From positions 310,001 through 374,000 of the IMG/VR virus record IMGVR_UViG_3300024239_000011: a stretch of DNA of 64,000 nt; one strand, written 5' to 3'. The translations under genes were made by a program, and so were the position numbers. The notes under the pieces were generated by a model that had not been told where the DNA came from, searched no databases, and worked only from the letters and a program-made list of their open reading frames with translations. Of this stretch, positions 10,899 to 18,715 are shown in pieces; the first letter of the stretch is position 1, and the number at the start of each line of letters is the position of its first letter.

Positions 10899-10935
10899 CC
10901 TCCATGGACTGCTAAATACGTGCAGTCCATGGAGG
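10899..10935 (+). promoter_or_regulatory. Late promoter inside an RBS-sequestering hairpin
   Basis: Perfect 14-bp inverted repeat cctccatggactgc / gcagtccatggagg. TAAATA is in the loop and the GGAGG RBS is in the 3' arm. Confidence 0.75.
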
Positions 10936-10941
10936 TGCTTG

Positions 10942-11805
10942 ATGGTGGTAACGGTAATCAGCGGCGGTGATAATTCATCCAGCTATGCAAAAGACAAAGC
11001 TTTTGATAATTCGATAACGACATCCTGGCGAAGCTTACAGACCGGCGTTGATGTTGTAAATGCCGCATGGCTCGGTCAAGATTTCGGTATTCCAGTTTAC
11101 GTGATTTCTGCGAGCTACCGTAAAGGGTCATACGATCCGGCATCGGTTGCGATACAGTACAGTGATGATGGATTGTCATGGACGAATACTGGTGTAACGT
11201 TTACCAGTTTTAGCAACGCGGTGGAAAAGAAAAGTATAGCAGTGGGTACACCGCATCGTTACTGGCGTGCAATTGCCACAGGTGCCACGGCAGGTACCAA
11301 CCCATGGGAAATTGTAGAATTGACTTTCGGCATCGCCACAACAGGATTACCCAAGTACATAACGAAGGTAGTGTCTCTTGGCGCAATAACCAATTTGAAC
11401 GCAACGGCATTGAAGGCACGGGTGAATACGTTGAAGACAAAGTTTGTTCAGAACGGCATTCTCACGGCAGTAGATATGCAGGAATTTTGGAGCATTCTTC
11501 GGGATTTCAGCCAACACTACCACCCATACACGGAAACGAAGCAGGCGATTGATAATATTCAGGCTGGTATTGATGCTATTACCGATTCAACAACAAAGAC
11601 CAATGCCCAGAACGCCGCAAACCCTCATAAGGTAACCGTTTTGAGTAACACCGGTCCTATATTATTTGACAATCCGATCACATCTGGGTTTTCTGTGGGG
11701 TTTGTATTGGATAAAGTGACAATGAATACGTTTATTGAAATGATAAATGCATCCCAACGTCATAAACATAGTGTAACTGATCGTTTTTTTGACACAGCAG
11801 TCTAA
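10942..11805 (+). CDS. Discoidin (F5/8 type C)-like domain protein with two HxH fibre-like modules; probable virion protein
   Basis: KAFD..TSW..WLGQDFG..IQYSDDG..W..HRYWR..WEIVEL, then QHYHPYTE and RHKHSVTD. Preceded by a late promoter. Confidence 0.65.
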   Translation: MVVTVISGGDNSSSYAKDKAFDNSITTSWRSLQTGVDVVNAAWLGQDFGIPVYVISASYRKGSYDPASVAIQYSDDGLSWTNTGVTFTSFSNAVEKKSIAVGTPHRYWRAIATGATAGTNPWEIVELTFGIATTGLPKYITKVVSLGAITNLNATALKARVNTLKTKFVQNGILTAVDMQEFWSILRDFSQHYHPYTETKQAIDNIQAGIDAITDSTTKTNAQNAANPHKVTVLSNTGPILFDNPITSGFSVGFVLDKVTMNTFIEMINASQRHKHSVTDRFFDTAV

Positions 11806-11816
11806 GGAAGTCCGAT

Positions 11817-12200
11817 ATGGCTGAACAAAATGTTCCTTCGAATACCGATGCAGCAACGTATTCGACCACAGCAGCGGAAACCCCGCAAATCACCGCACCG
11901 CAAATACTGACGGCCAACATGTTCCAAAACATGTTGAATGTGCTGGAAAATGCTCTCGGTAGCCATACCCATACGCATCAAGATACCGCATTGAATGCGT
12001 GTACGTGTTGGAACTATACACCGTGTGACCGTTTAGTGACCAACCTTACCTGTGTTGATTGTTCGCCTGGAAATTGTGCTGGGCAGTGCCGCACGTGTGG
12101 TACCGCGCAATGTGGGACTTATGAGTGTGCCTGTGCTGATGTTCAGGGATGGGTTGATAATACTCCTGGGGGTAACGGGACACCCTGCACACTGCCTTGA
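11817..12200 (+). CDS. Cys-rich protein, putative radical SAM substrate (HxH leader plus 12-Cys core)
   Basis: Cys-free N-terminal half ending SHTHTHQD, then 12 Cys in about 66 aa. Adjacent to six rSAM-like genes. Confidence 0.65.
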   Translation: MAEQNVPSNTDAATYSTTAAETPQITAPQILTANMFQNMLNVLENALGSHTHTHQDTALNACTCWNYTPCDRLVTNLTCVDCSPGNCAGQCRTCGTAQCGTYECACADVQGWVDNTPGGNGTPCTLP

Positions 12201-12278
12201 ATAATTACCTAAACAAATTGACCAGAAACCTCGAACCATGCGATTTTGGACGAGGTTCTGGTTAATGAAGGTATTAGG

Positions 12279-12749
12279 ATGATCGAGTGTAAATCGGGTG
12301 AGAGCAATCCACGTTTTCAATTTGATATTACTCGCGGTGAGCGCGAGTATTTTGATGCTTTTGCTGCGGAATGCGAACTGTTGTTCAACTTTGAGCGACA
12401 ACTTGCCCTTGTAATGCAAACACCCGTACCCGACCCCGCCTTGCATTACCACGATACATTGTCGGTGCTGTTTCGGGTTGATAAAGCACCGACGCTTGAT
12501 CTTGACCATGCACGCGCATGGCTCGAAGAAAACAAACCTGATTTGCCGCCACAACTTATTTTTCGCCGAGTGTTCCCTGATGATGCGGAGGGTGAAGCGT
12601 GGTTGGCGGAATTGACAATCCCCGAAACGGTGTCGGTGTCGAAGCTTGGGTATGTTGATCCCATGACGTTTGATATTTGGACCATGTACCAGTTCGAATG
12701 CCCCACGGTTGATGATGCCGCTGTGGTTGGTCCACTGGTGGAGGTTTAA
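12279..12749 (+). CDS. Hypothetical protein
   Basis: ORF tiling at the start of the accessory run. Confidence 0.6.
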   Translation: MIECKSGESNPRFQFDITRGEREYFDAFAAECELLFNFERQLALVMQTPVPDPALHYHDTLSVLFRVDKAPTLDLDHARAWLEENKPDLPPQLIFRRVFPDDAEGEAWLAELTIPETVSVSKLGYVDPMTFDIWTMYQFECPTVDDAAVVGPLVEV

Positions 12750-12752
12750 TCC

Positions 12753-13037
12753 ATGACGGCAGTATCGCAAAGAGAATTCGAGCGTATGGCGCAAGCAGTT
12801 TACCAACAGGAATTGAAAACTCCATGGTTTGCGCCAGTGGGGTTGATGCGCAGCATCAACCCCACGGACTACAATCCGTGTGCGGAGATTGCGTCGGTAC
12901 CTTATATAAGCCTTCAAACCCGACTGAAGATGGCGGGGCTTGATACGTTCGAGGTCGTATGTGACGAGCGGAACAACACCACCGAAACAAAGTCCAAGGT
13001 TGATTACTTGGCAGCTATTCGAGAGGTAGTGGGATAA
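12753..13037 (+). CDS. Mini-protein of tail-sheath-like motifs with C-terminal DYL tag
   Basis: PWFAPVGLMR and FEVVCDERNNT resemble conserved T4 gp18-family motifs. Ends KVDYLAAIREVVG. Confidence 0.6.
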   Translation: MTAVSQREFERMAQAVYQQELKTPWFAPVGLMRSINPTDYNPCAEIASVPYISLQTRLKMAGLDTFEVVCDERNNTTETKSKVDYLAAIREVVG

Positions 13038-13351
13038 TGACGACCGTAGGCGCACTTATCACGGAGAAGGCATACTTGATTCTGTCCGAGCATCATAAGG
13101 ATTTATGGGATCGGCTTGGTATCGAGGTTATTGGGATTGAAGAACTTGACGGCGATGAAGTAGGTGACGAGGGTCCAAACCTACTTCTTGATTTGAAGGT
13201 AAAACGCGATCTCCCGGATGGCACTTTACTGTTCGTGCGGGTCGGGCGTGTGGTTGAAGGTGAAAACGGTCCCGTAATGGACAAGAGTGCCTATGGGGCA
13301 ACGCCACTCATTGATGGGGAGCGTCGGGACGATCTGACGTGGTGGGGATGA
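13037..13351 (+). CDS. Hypothetical protein
   Basis: TAATG-coupled ORF. Confidence 0.6.
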   Translation: MTTVGALITEKAYLILSEHHKDLWDRLGIEVIGIEELDGDEVGDEGPNLLLDLKVKRDLPDGTLLFVRVGRVVEGENGPVMDKSAYGATPLIDGERRDDLTWWG

Positions 13352-13560
13352 GTTGGACGAAGCATGTTGTTTTCTTCACGCCATTGTATCCAGCACTTCC
13401 TTGTGTTCCGGTGAACCAAACAAAAATTCTCCTTACCCAGGAAATAATTGACCGGATGCGTCAGGCATATATACAACACAAAAAACAAGAACTACTAGAC
13501 GATTCTATCGTCTACCAGCACTCATCCCCACGAGGAAAGATCGAATATTATGAGCAATAA
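13348..13560 (+). CDS. Hypothetical protein, weak resemblance to a portal (gp20-family) segment
   Basis: ATGA-coupled ORF. KKQELLDDSIVY recalls the portal ELLEDxxxIYR motif. Confidence 0.45.
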   Translation: MSWTKHVVFFTPLYPALPCVPVNQTKILLTQEIIDRMRQAYIQHKKQELLDDSIVYQHSSPRGKIEYYEQ

Positions 13561-13762
13561 AATAATATGCCTGGAAATCCAGGCAGTGGGGCGTGGACTT
13601 CGTGAGGTTTCAGGGTATATCGAATTCGTTAATTTTACACCGTCATGTGACGACGATGTGGAACTGGAACGTCTCGCAAACGATATTGAATCCTTGGAAA
13701 CCATTGAAACCGAACAGGTTGATTATCTTGGTATTATCCGACAAGTCATTGGGTCTAAATAA
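13550..13762 (+). CDS. Small protein with C-terminal DYL tag
   Basis: Ends QVDYLGIIRQVIGSK. Confidence 0.6.
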   Translation: MSNKIICLEIQAVGRGLREVSGYIEFVNFTPSCDDDVELERLANDIESLETIETEQVDYLGIIRQVIGSK

Positions 13763-13788
13763 GTCAAACTGTCAATCAGAGGTGGTAA

Positions 13789-14172
13789 ATGGTCAATTTT
13801 GATATGCGCATTCTGGTAGTCGATGACTATGCTACGATGCAGAAGATTGAGCGCAATTTGCTCAAGCAGATTGGTTTCGGGAATGTTGATACCGCAAATG
13901 ACGGCTCCCAGGCACTTCAAATGCTTCGGTTGCAGCACTATGATCTTATCCTGTCCGATTGGAACATGGAGCCGATGACCGGTCTGATGTTGTTGCGCGA
14001 AGTGCGCAATGACCCTGCCCTGAAGCATATCCCATTCATCATGGTAACTGCGGAAACTAAACAGGAAAATGTGATCGCTGCTCGGGAAGCAGGGGTGTCC
14101 AACTATATAATTAAACCCTTTACGGCGGATACATTAAAGAAGAAACTACAGTCGGTTATCGGGGATTTCTAA
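13789..14172 (+). CDS. cheY: Chemotaxis response regulator CheY
   Basis: Single receiver domain: ILVVDD, phosphoacceptor in SDWNMEPM, MVTAE, YIIKPF. GAGG RBS. Confidence 0.92.
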   Translation: MVNFDMRILVVDDYATMQKIERNLLKQIGFGNVDTANDGSQALQMLRLQHYDLILSDWNMEPMTGLMLLREVRNDPALKHIPFIMVTAETKQENVIAAREAGVSNYIIKPFTADTLKKKLQSVIGDF

Positions 14173-14624
14173 TGTTCTCTCGAAAGCGCGATGCGCTTGA
14201 ACTCCTATGCACGTTGTACGTCATTTTTAAACTGGCAAAAACCAAAGGCGACCTCGCCCTTGAGTCGCATTGCGAGCAACCAGAACACAGCCCGATATTT
14301 GTTAATTCCAGCTTGTCAAAAGCAGAAAAGGTCGTACTTGCGGATTCGATGCGACTCTTAACACTCGGGTTAGATAGTCCTGATGATGTGGAACGTTTTA
14401 TGGTCGGTATGTTTGTCATATCCGTCAAACATACCGACAGGATGGATGTGATTATTGAAGCATTTGTGGCACATTGCAAAGGCTATGCACCGCAAATTTC
14501 CATTGAATTTGCTCGTGCCGCGTTCGGTATTAAAAACCGCCCGACTTTTCAGGAAACTGAGGAAGCAATCACTAACCTCCTTCTTGATGATTATCAGTAT
14601 AAATGGCAACATCACGGGAAATAA
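14172..14624 (+). CDS. Soluble MotA-like protein (two cytoplasmic segments fused, no TM helices)
   Basis: LELLCTLY..LALESHCEQPEHSPIF..DSMRLLTLG and GYAPQISIEFAR..RPTFQETEE match the MotA cytoplasmic loop and C-tail. Coupled to cheY. Confidence 0.75.
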   Translation: MFSRKRDALELLCTLYVIFKLAKTKGDLALESHCEQPEHSPIFVNSSLSKAEKVVLADSMRLLTLGLDSPDDVERFMVGMFVISVKHTDRMDVIIEAFVAHCKGYAPQISIEFARAAFGIKNRPTFQETEEAITNLLLDDYQYKWQHHGK

Positions 14625-14701
14625 TCACGCGCATATGTTTCGTCTTTGCGATCTTCACAAACCCGTGCTAAAAATGGCCAAAATGGTTTTGTGAGGTCGA
14701 A

Positions 14702-15268
14702 ATGTTTAAGTGGCTGGGTAGACTGCGATGTGATGTTTCGGCTCAAGAGATTGAGCCGCCCTCGGTGGTAGTATCACCAACCCCAGAGGAATACCTGAAT
14801 CGGGATTTCCCGCCATTGTGTTCGGAATTCAATTCCAGTGGGGAAGTTGAGACGGCACGCACTGCGTGGGTACAATACCAGAATGAAAAACGGCGATCCG
14901 AGCAGCAGCCCGAATTAGACAAACTGATTACTCAAGACAATATCGACCGGGAAGCGGCACAAACCTTCAAACCGAACGTGAAGATCGTTCGGTACGCGGC
15001 TGGTGATTTTCTAGTTTACGAAGGGCAGGAATACCCTCGTAATTTCATTGAGTCCATTGTTATTACCAATCCTGGCGTCGAACCGCAAGTGGTGCAACTT
15101 CACTGGACGATGCGTTTTCCGGGAACATTTGCCGCTGTATTAGTTCCGGCATCAATAACGATGCGTTTGTGTTCGGGGACGGAAATCGTCATTACCTGTA
15201 ACCGGTGGAACGTGGATATTCTTCATAAAGCATTGATTCATGCATGGAAACATGGAGAGCCGGATTGA
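14702..15268 (+). CDS. Hypothetical protein
   Basis: GAGG RBS, ORF tiling. Confidence 0.6.
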   Translation: MFKWLGRLRCDVSAQEIEPPSVVVSPTPEEYLNRDFPPLCSEFNSSGEVETARTAWVQYQNEKRRSEQQPELDKLITQDNIDREAAQTFKPNVKIVRYAAGDFLVYEGQEYPRNFIESIVITNPGVEPQVVQLHWTMRFPGTFAAVLVPASITMRLCSGTEIVITCNRWNVDILHKALIHAWKHGEPD

Positions 15269-15570
15269 ACATTGTGCTGGTTTCATCGGATATGTGGGCA
15301 CGACTGCATGAGGTATTACCATCTCGCGATGCCATCATTATGATAGTGCGCGAGACAATGCAAACTGTTATGAATACCTATTTGTTCGAAATGGTTGATG
15401 AAAACACTCGGCAATCCCTTTCCTTACATATGAGGCGTCAATTGTCCGTTTTACCACTCGAAGATTTCGCAGTGTTTGCTAAATTTCAGGGCAATGGTAT
15501 TACGGTTGATGTCATGGTCAAACACAATGGGGAATGGATTTCGTTCCCCGGTAAGATGGGTACTTGCTGA
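15244..15570 (+). CDS. Small protein resembling the tail sheath C-terminal domain
   Basis: YLFEMVDENTRQSL..LEDFAV..ITVDVMVK resembles gp18-family LFExNDxxTR..DF.V..D(I/V)YVK. Confidence 0.5.
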   Translation: METWRAGLNIVLVSSDMWARLHEVLPSRDAIIMIVRETMQTVMNTYLFEMVDENTRQSLSLHMRRQLSVLPLEDFAVFAKFQGNGITVDVMVKHNGEWISFPGKMGTC

Positions 15571-16013
15571 TGTTTCTTGACCCAACCCCTGAAATTCGGA
15601 AGAAGCATCGATTTGCTTCAAACGAATATTTGTACGATGACAATGTTGTCGTGATTCATGCGGATTGGTTTGGGAACCGTACCATCGAGGTTGTGCGTCC
15701 ACATCACATTCCGACCAGCGATCTTACCGGCTCTGTTGTCGGTTTGTATCAGTGTTTTGCTGTATTACCACCCACCACGGCAACCATTATCGACACGCCA
15801 TTTGGGTTCTGTGTCGAAGACGGGAATCGGTACTACGCATCGGATTTTTACGACAGCAAAACTGATCCCTTGCTGGTGGTCGAGCAAGTTGCCGTGCATG
15901 TGATGGATCAAGCTCGTTGGCACATTACCGAGCGAATTCACGAGGCAGTCCAGTGTATCCTTGCGTTGGTTCCGGAACAATGCGATACTCGGCCAACCGA
16001 ATCTTCCATATGA
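15564..16013 (+). CDS. Hypothetical protein
   Basis: ORF tiling. Confidence 0.55.
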   Translation: MLMFLDPTPEIRKKHRFASNEYLYDDNVVVIHADWFGNRTIEVVRPHHIPTSDLTGSVVGLYQCFAVLPPTTATIIDTPFGFCVEDGNRYYASDFYDSKTDPLLVVEQVAVHVMDQARWHITERIHEAVQCILALVPEQCDTRPTESSI

Positions 16014-16192
16014 GTTTTGGTCAATGACTGAAATATGGGACTACAAACAACCAGAACCGTTTCGGTGTCCCCTCAATAGTAGCTGCCAAAGCTGTGACGA
16101 GGCATGTGTACCGTTAGTTCCGGAGGATTTTGAACAACAAATCAAGGCTTACAAAGACTTGATGGACGGCAGCAGCAACGATTGAGGCGAAC

Positions 16193-16366
16193 ATGACGAT
16201 AAGCGGTGGGTTGATGATTTTTGTGGCGGCTATGGCTATTGCCATTGTGATGTTTGGGCTGAAAGCGGCGGTGTTCTTGGCAATCGGTGCAACCGTCGTC
16301 TTGGTATTCTTGCGTCCAGAGGTGGGACGGACATGTATTACCAAGATTCGTGAGCATTTGAAATGA
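16193..16366 (+). CDS. Small membrane protein (57 aa, below ORF-track cutoff)
   Basis: GAGG RBS; translation MTISGGLMIFVAAMAIAIVMFGLKAAVFLAIGATVVLVFLRP...; stop overlaps the next ATG. Confidence 0.55.
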   Translation: MTISGGLMIFVAAMAIAIVMFGLKAAVFLAIGATVVLVFLRPEVGRTCITKIREHLK

Positions 16367-16632
16367 AGAAACTCACGTTCCTACTGGTGCTAATAGCACC
16401 GACCATCGCTCACGCCGATTACGCTTTGCTATACCCTGCGGGGCACTCTCGACCTGGGGTGCAATTGGAAACGATTGAGGCATGTCGTCGTGGCGCAGCA
16501 GAGATATACCATTTCTGGGATACGTCCGGTAGATATAGCTTCCTCTGCATGAACACTAAAACCGGGGTGATTGAGGAAGAAGTAAAATGCGACGACCGCA
16601 AATGCACCGCGTATCAGAAAGCCGACAAATGA
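16363..16632 (+). CDS. Secreted 4-Cys small protein (paralog 1)
   Basis: Signal peptide ending IAHA; pattern EAC..C..TG..C...C. Confidence 0.65.
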   Translation: MKKLTFLLVLIAPTIAHADYALLYPAGHSRPGVQLETIEACRRGAAEIYHFWDTSGRYSFLCMNTKTGVIEEEVKCDDRKCTAYQKADK

Positions 16633-16967
16633 TTCGATCCCTGCTTGCGCTTATGCTTATCAGTGTGCCGTCACTGGTGCATGCCGGTGAATACATACTG
16701 ACGATGGGTATTGGGTACAACACTGCAACAACAGCAACACTCAATAATATCGAAGCCTGCATCACAATGGCGGCTGAGTTACACGGGCGATGGCGCGGTG
16801 GTGAACGGTATCAGTGCTTCGACAAGGATACCGGGAAAATGGTTGTAAAAATCGGATGTAACGACAATCGCGAGTGTAAAGCCTGGGATCGCACCGAGCG
16901 GTTGGTTGCCATTGTAGATATCACCAACGATGGTAAGGAAACCTCATTGCGGGCGGTGATGCCGTAA
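16629..16967 (+). CDS. Secreted 4-Cys small protein (paralog 2)
   Basis: Signal peptide MIRSLLAL..VHA; same Cys pattern. Confidence 0.65.
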   Translation: MIRSLLALMLISVPSLVHAGEYILTMGIGYNTATTATLNNIEACITMAAELHGRWRGGERYQCFDKDTGKMVVKIGCNDNRECKAWDRTERLVAIVDITNDGKETSLRAVMP

Positions 16968-16988
16968 CTGTTTCAACAGGAGAAGATT

Positions 16989-17210
16989 GTGATCTATCCG
17001 ATTACCAAAGAACTGGAAGCGCAATTGAATAGCGACCAGCTTCATGCTTTGCGCGAGAAAATCGCTTCGACCAAAGTCCTTGCTCATTCGAGTAAAATGG
17101 ATATTTGGTTGAGTGACCCGCGCCCGTGTTATGCAAGCAAGCACATTGCCTATTTCACCATGGCGGTGATCGTGTCTGCATTCGCTGTATTCATTATCAG
17201 CTTCGCCTAA
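16989..17210 (+). CDS. Small protein with C-terminal TM helix
   Basis: GGAG RBS; hydrophobic C-terminus. Confidence 0.55.
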   Translation: MIYPITKELEAQLNSDQLHALREKIASTKVLAHSSKMDIWLSDPRPCYASKHIAYFTMAVIVSAFAVFIISFA

Positions 17211-17219
17211 GAGGGTGCT

Positions 17220-17579
17220 ATGAAGAAATTCTTGCTCGCAACCGTTTTGTTCTTCCCGTTGTTTGCCAACGCGGCAGATTTGGAACATACGCTGATTGTT
17301 GAAATGGGCTTTCAACATGCGGTCTCGGTGCCTGTTAGCGGATCGGAGGCGTGCAAGAATTTGGCGTTCGACATCTACGCGAAGAAGAATGGTAATAATG
17401 GCGCACCACGCGGGGCACAAACTCTTCGGGTTGGGTCTGCTAATGTTGATATTGGACAGCGTATCATCGACCCTTGGTTCTTCGATTGCGTCAACTCAAA
17501 ACTCGGTAAAATCACGCATAGCATTATGTGTGAAAAAGGCGAGTGCAGCGTCATTGAGTACAAGGGAGACATAAAATGA
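17220..17579 (+). CDS. Secreted 4-Cys small protein (paralog 3)
   Basis: Signal peptide ending FANA; EAC..DCVNSKLG..C...C. Confidence 0.65.
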   Translation: MKKFLLATVLFFPLFANAADLEHTLIVEMGFQHAVSVPVSGSEACKNLAFDIYAKKNGNNGAPRGAQTLRVGSANVDIGQRIIDPWFFDCVNSKLGKITHSIMCEKGECSVIEYKGDIK

Positions 17580-18169
17580 ACATTACCGGAGACACATTCA
17601 CTGCCGACGCCGAAGTTATCGAGTACGATTGTTTTCAAATTCCGATTTTCATTCATACCATCAAATCAGTGGCAGACCTTCGTGGTGGTTGGATGTTCGA
17701 AGATGGTATTCATTATGCGGTCAACGAGGTTCGGGATGAGAAGGCGCTTCGCAGCGTCCTCATTGAGAAACTGCACGAATCCTTGAATGATTTCAATGCT
17801 CCACCGGCTGGACATGTGCGGGGTGTGATTAACTCGGCGTTGTGCCATAGTAATCGGCTGACCCCGCATGATATTGACGAAATCTACGCCATGGGAATCA
17901 ATCCCATTCGATTTATCAATGGGGCATTGGTGATCTGGGGACAACGCATCGTCAACCGGGGTAGCCCCCAGAACATGTATTGGGACCGGGGTAGGGGGAA
18001 ATTTGACCTCAATCCATGGTTTGAGCAGTTCAGCACGACCACAAAGATACGTTGGGAGTTTCCCATGATTTGGGATATGTCGAAACTTTTGGCGTCCGCA
18101 CCCGCACCAGAAGCCCTGAAAACCGATTACCTTGCCGCCATCCATGACATCTGCAAGGCGGAACAATGA
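17576..18169 (+). CDS. Tail-sheath-fragment protein with C-terminal DYL tag
   Basis: PPAGHVRGVI..DEIYAMGINPIRFING..VIWGQR matches gp18-family PAG..RG..LY..GINP..V(I/L)WG. Ends KTDYLAAIHDICKAEQ. Confidence 0.7.
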   Translation: MNITGDTFTADAEVIEYDCFQIPIFIHTIKSVADLRGGWMFEDGIHYAVNEVRDEKALRSVLIEKLHESLNDFNAPPAGHVRGVINSALCHSNRLTPHDIDEIYAMGINPIRFINGALVIWGQRIVNRGSPQNMYWDRGRGKFDLNPWFEQFSTTTKIRWEFPMIWDMSKLLASAPAPEALKTDYLAAIHDICKAEQ

Positions 18170-18348
18170 GCCAGTATGGTTTTTATACGGCGATCACCTC
18201 GTCAGTAGTTGCATTGGTCAACACCGTGATCATGCAATTACTGCGACTGTGGTACGGGTTCGAAGCCATGATCGCTTACGGTGCAATTATCTTGCTGATC
18301 TGTATGACAATCATTTGGCAGATGTTCCGTAAAAAGGACAAGTCATGA
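18166..18348 (+). CDS. Small two-TM membrane protein
   Basis: Two hydrophobic segments and a basic tail. Confidence 0.55.
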   Translation: MSQYGFYTAITSSVVALVNTVIMQLLRLWYGFEAMIAYGAIILLICMTIIWQMFRKKDKS

Positions 18349-18707
18349 CCGAGAAACCGTTAGAAGTCCGGTTCACGGATTGGAGAGGGCATTACCGGGG
18401 CAACCCCGGTGATATCGCGATCACGGTGACGTATCCACGTTCTTTTACCAAACGACGCCAGAAAAACCTTATTAAGTTCTTTACGTTCATTGGACCATTG
18501 GCTGAATTTACCGAACCATATGTTGCTGATGGGCGCGTCGAGGTGTTCTTTTTGGACCAAAATCAATGGCAAAACCGGTTGGCGACTTTGACCTTTGTAT
18601 TCAAGGAACATCAACTGGCGACGTTGTTCCGGCTAAAATTTGACGGCGCGCTGGGTATCACGTTCAAAAACATTGAGAATCTGTCTCAAATTGTCCGGGT
18701 GGCATAG
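18345..18707 (+). CDS. Hypothetical protein (F..A..F.L.F/W family)
   Basis: FVFKEHQLATLFRLKF; motif shared with 19414 and 43848. Confidence 0.6.
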   Translation: MTEKPLEVRFTDWRGHYRGNPGDIAITVTYPRSFTKRRQKNLIKFFTFIGPLAEFTEPYVADGRVEVFFLDQNQWQNRLATLTFVFKEHQLATLFRLKFDGALGITFKNIENLSQIVRVA

Positions 18708-18715
18708 GAAATACC

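Noticed and set aside
12033-13055. Long antisense ORFs (12033-13055, 20132-20935, 41446-42486, 43034-43690, 55649-56566)
   Set aside because: They shadow well-supported genes on the opposite strand and have no recognisable motifs. The exception is the first 12 codons of 43034-43690, which belong to the pth remnant.
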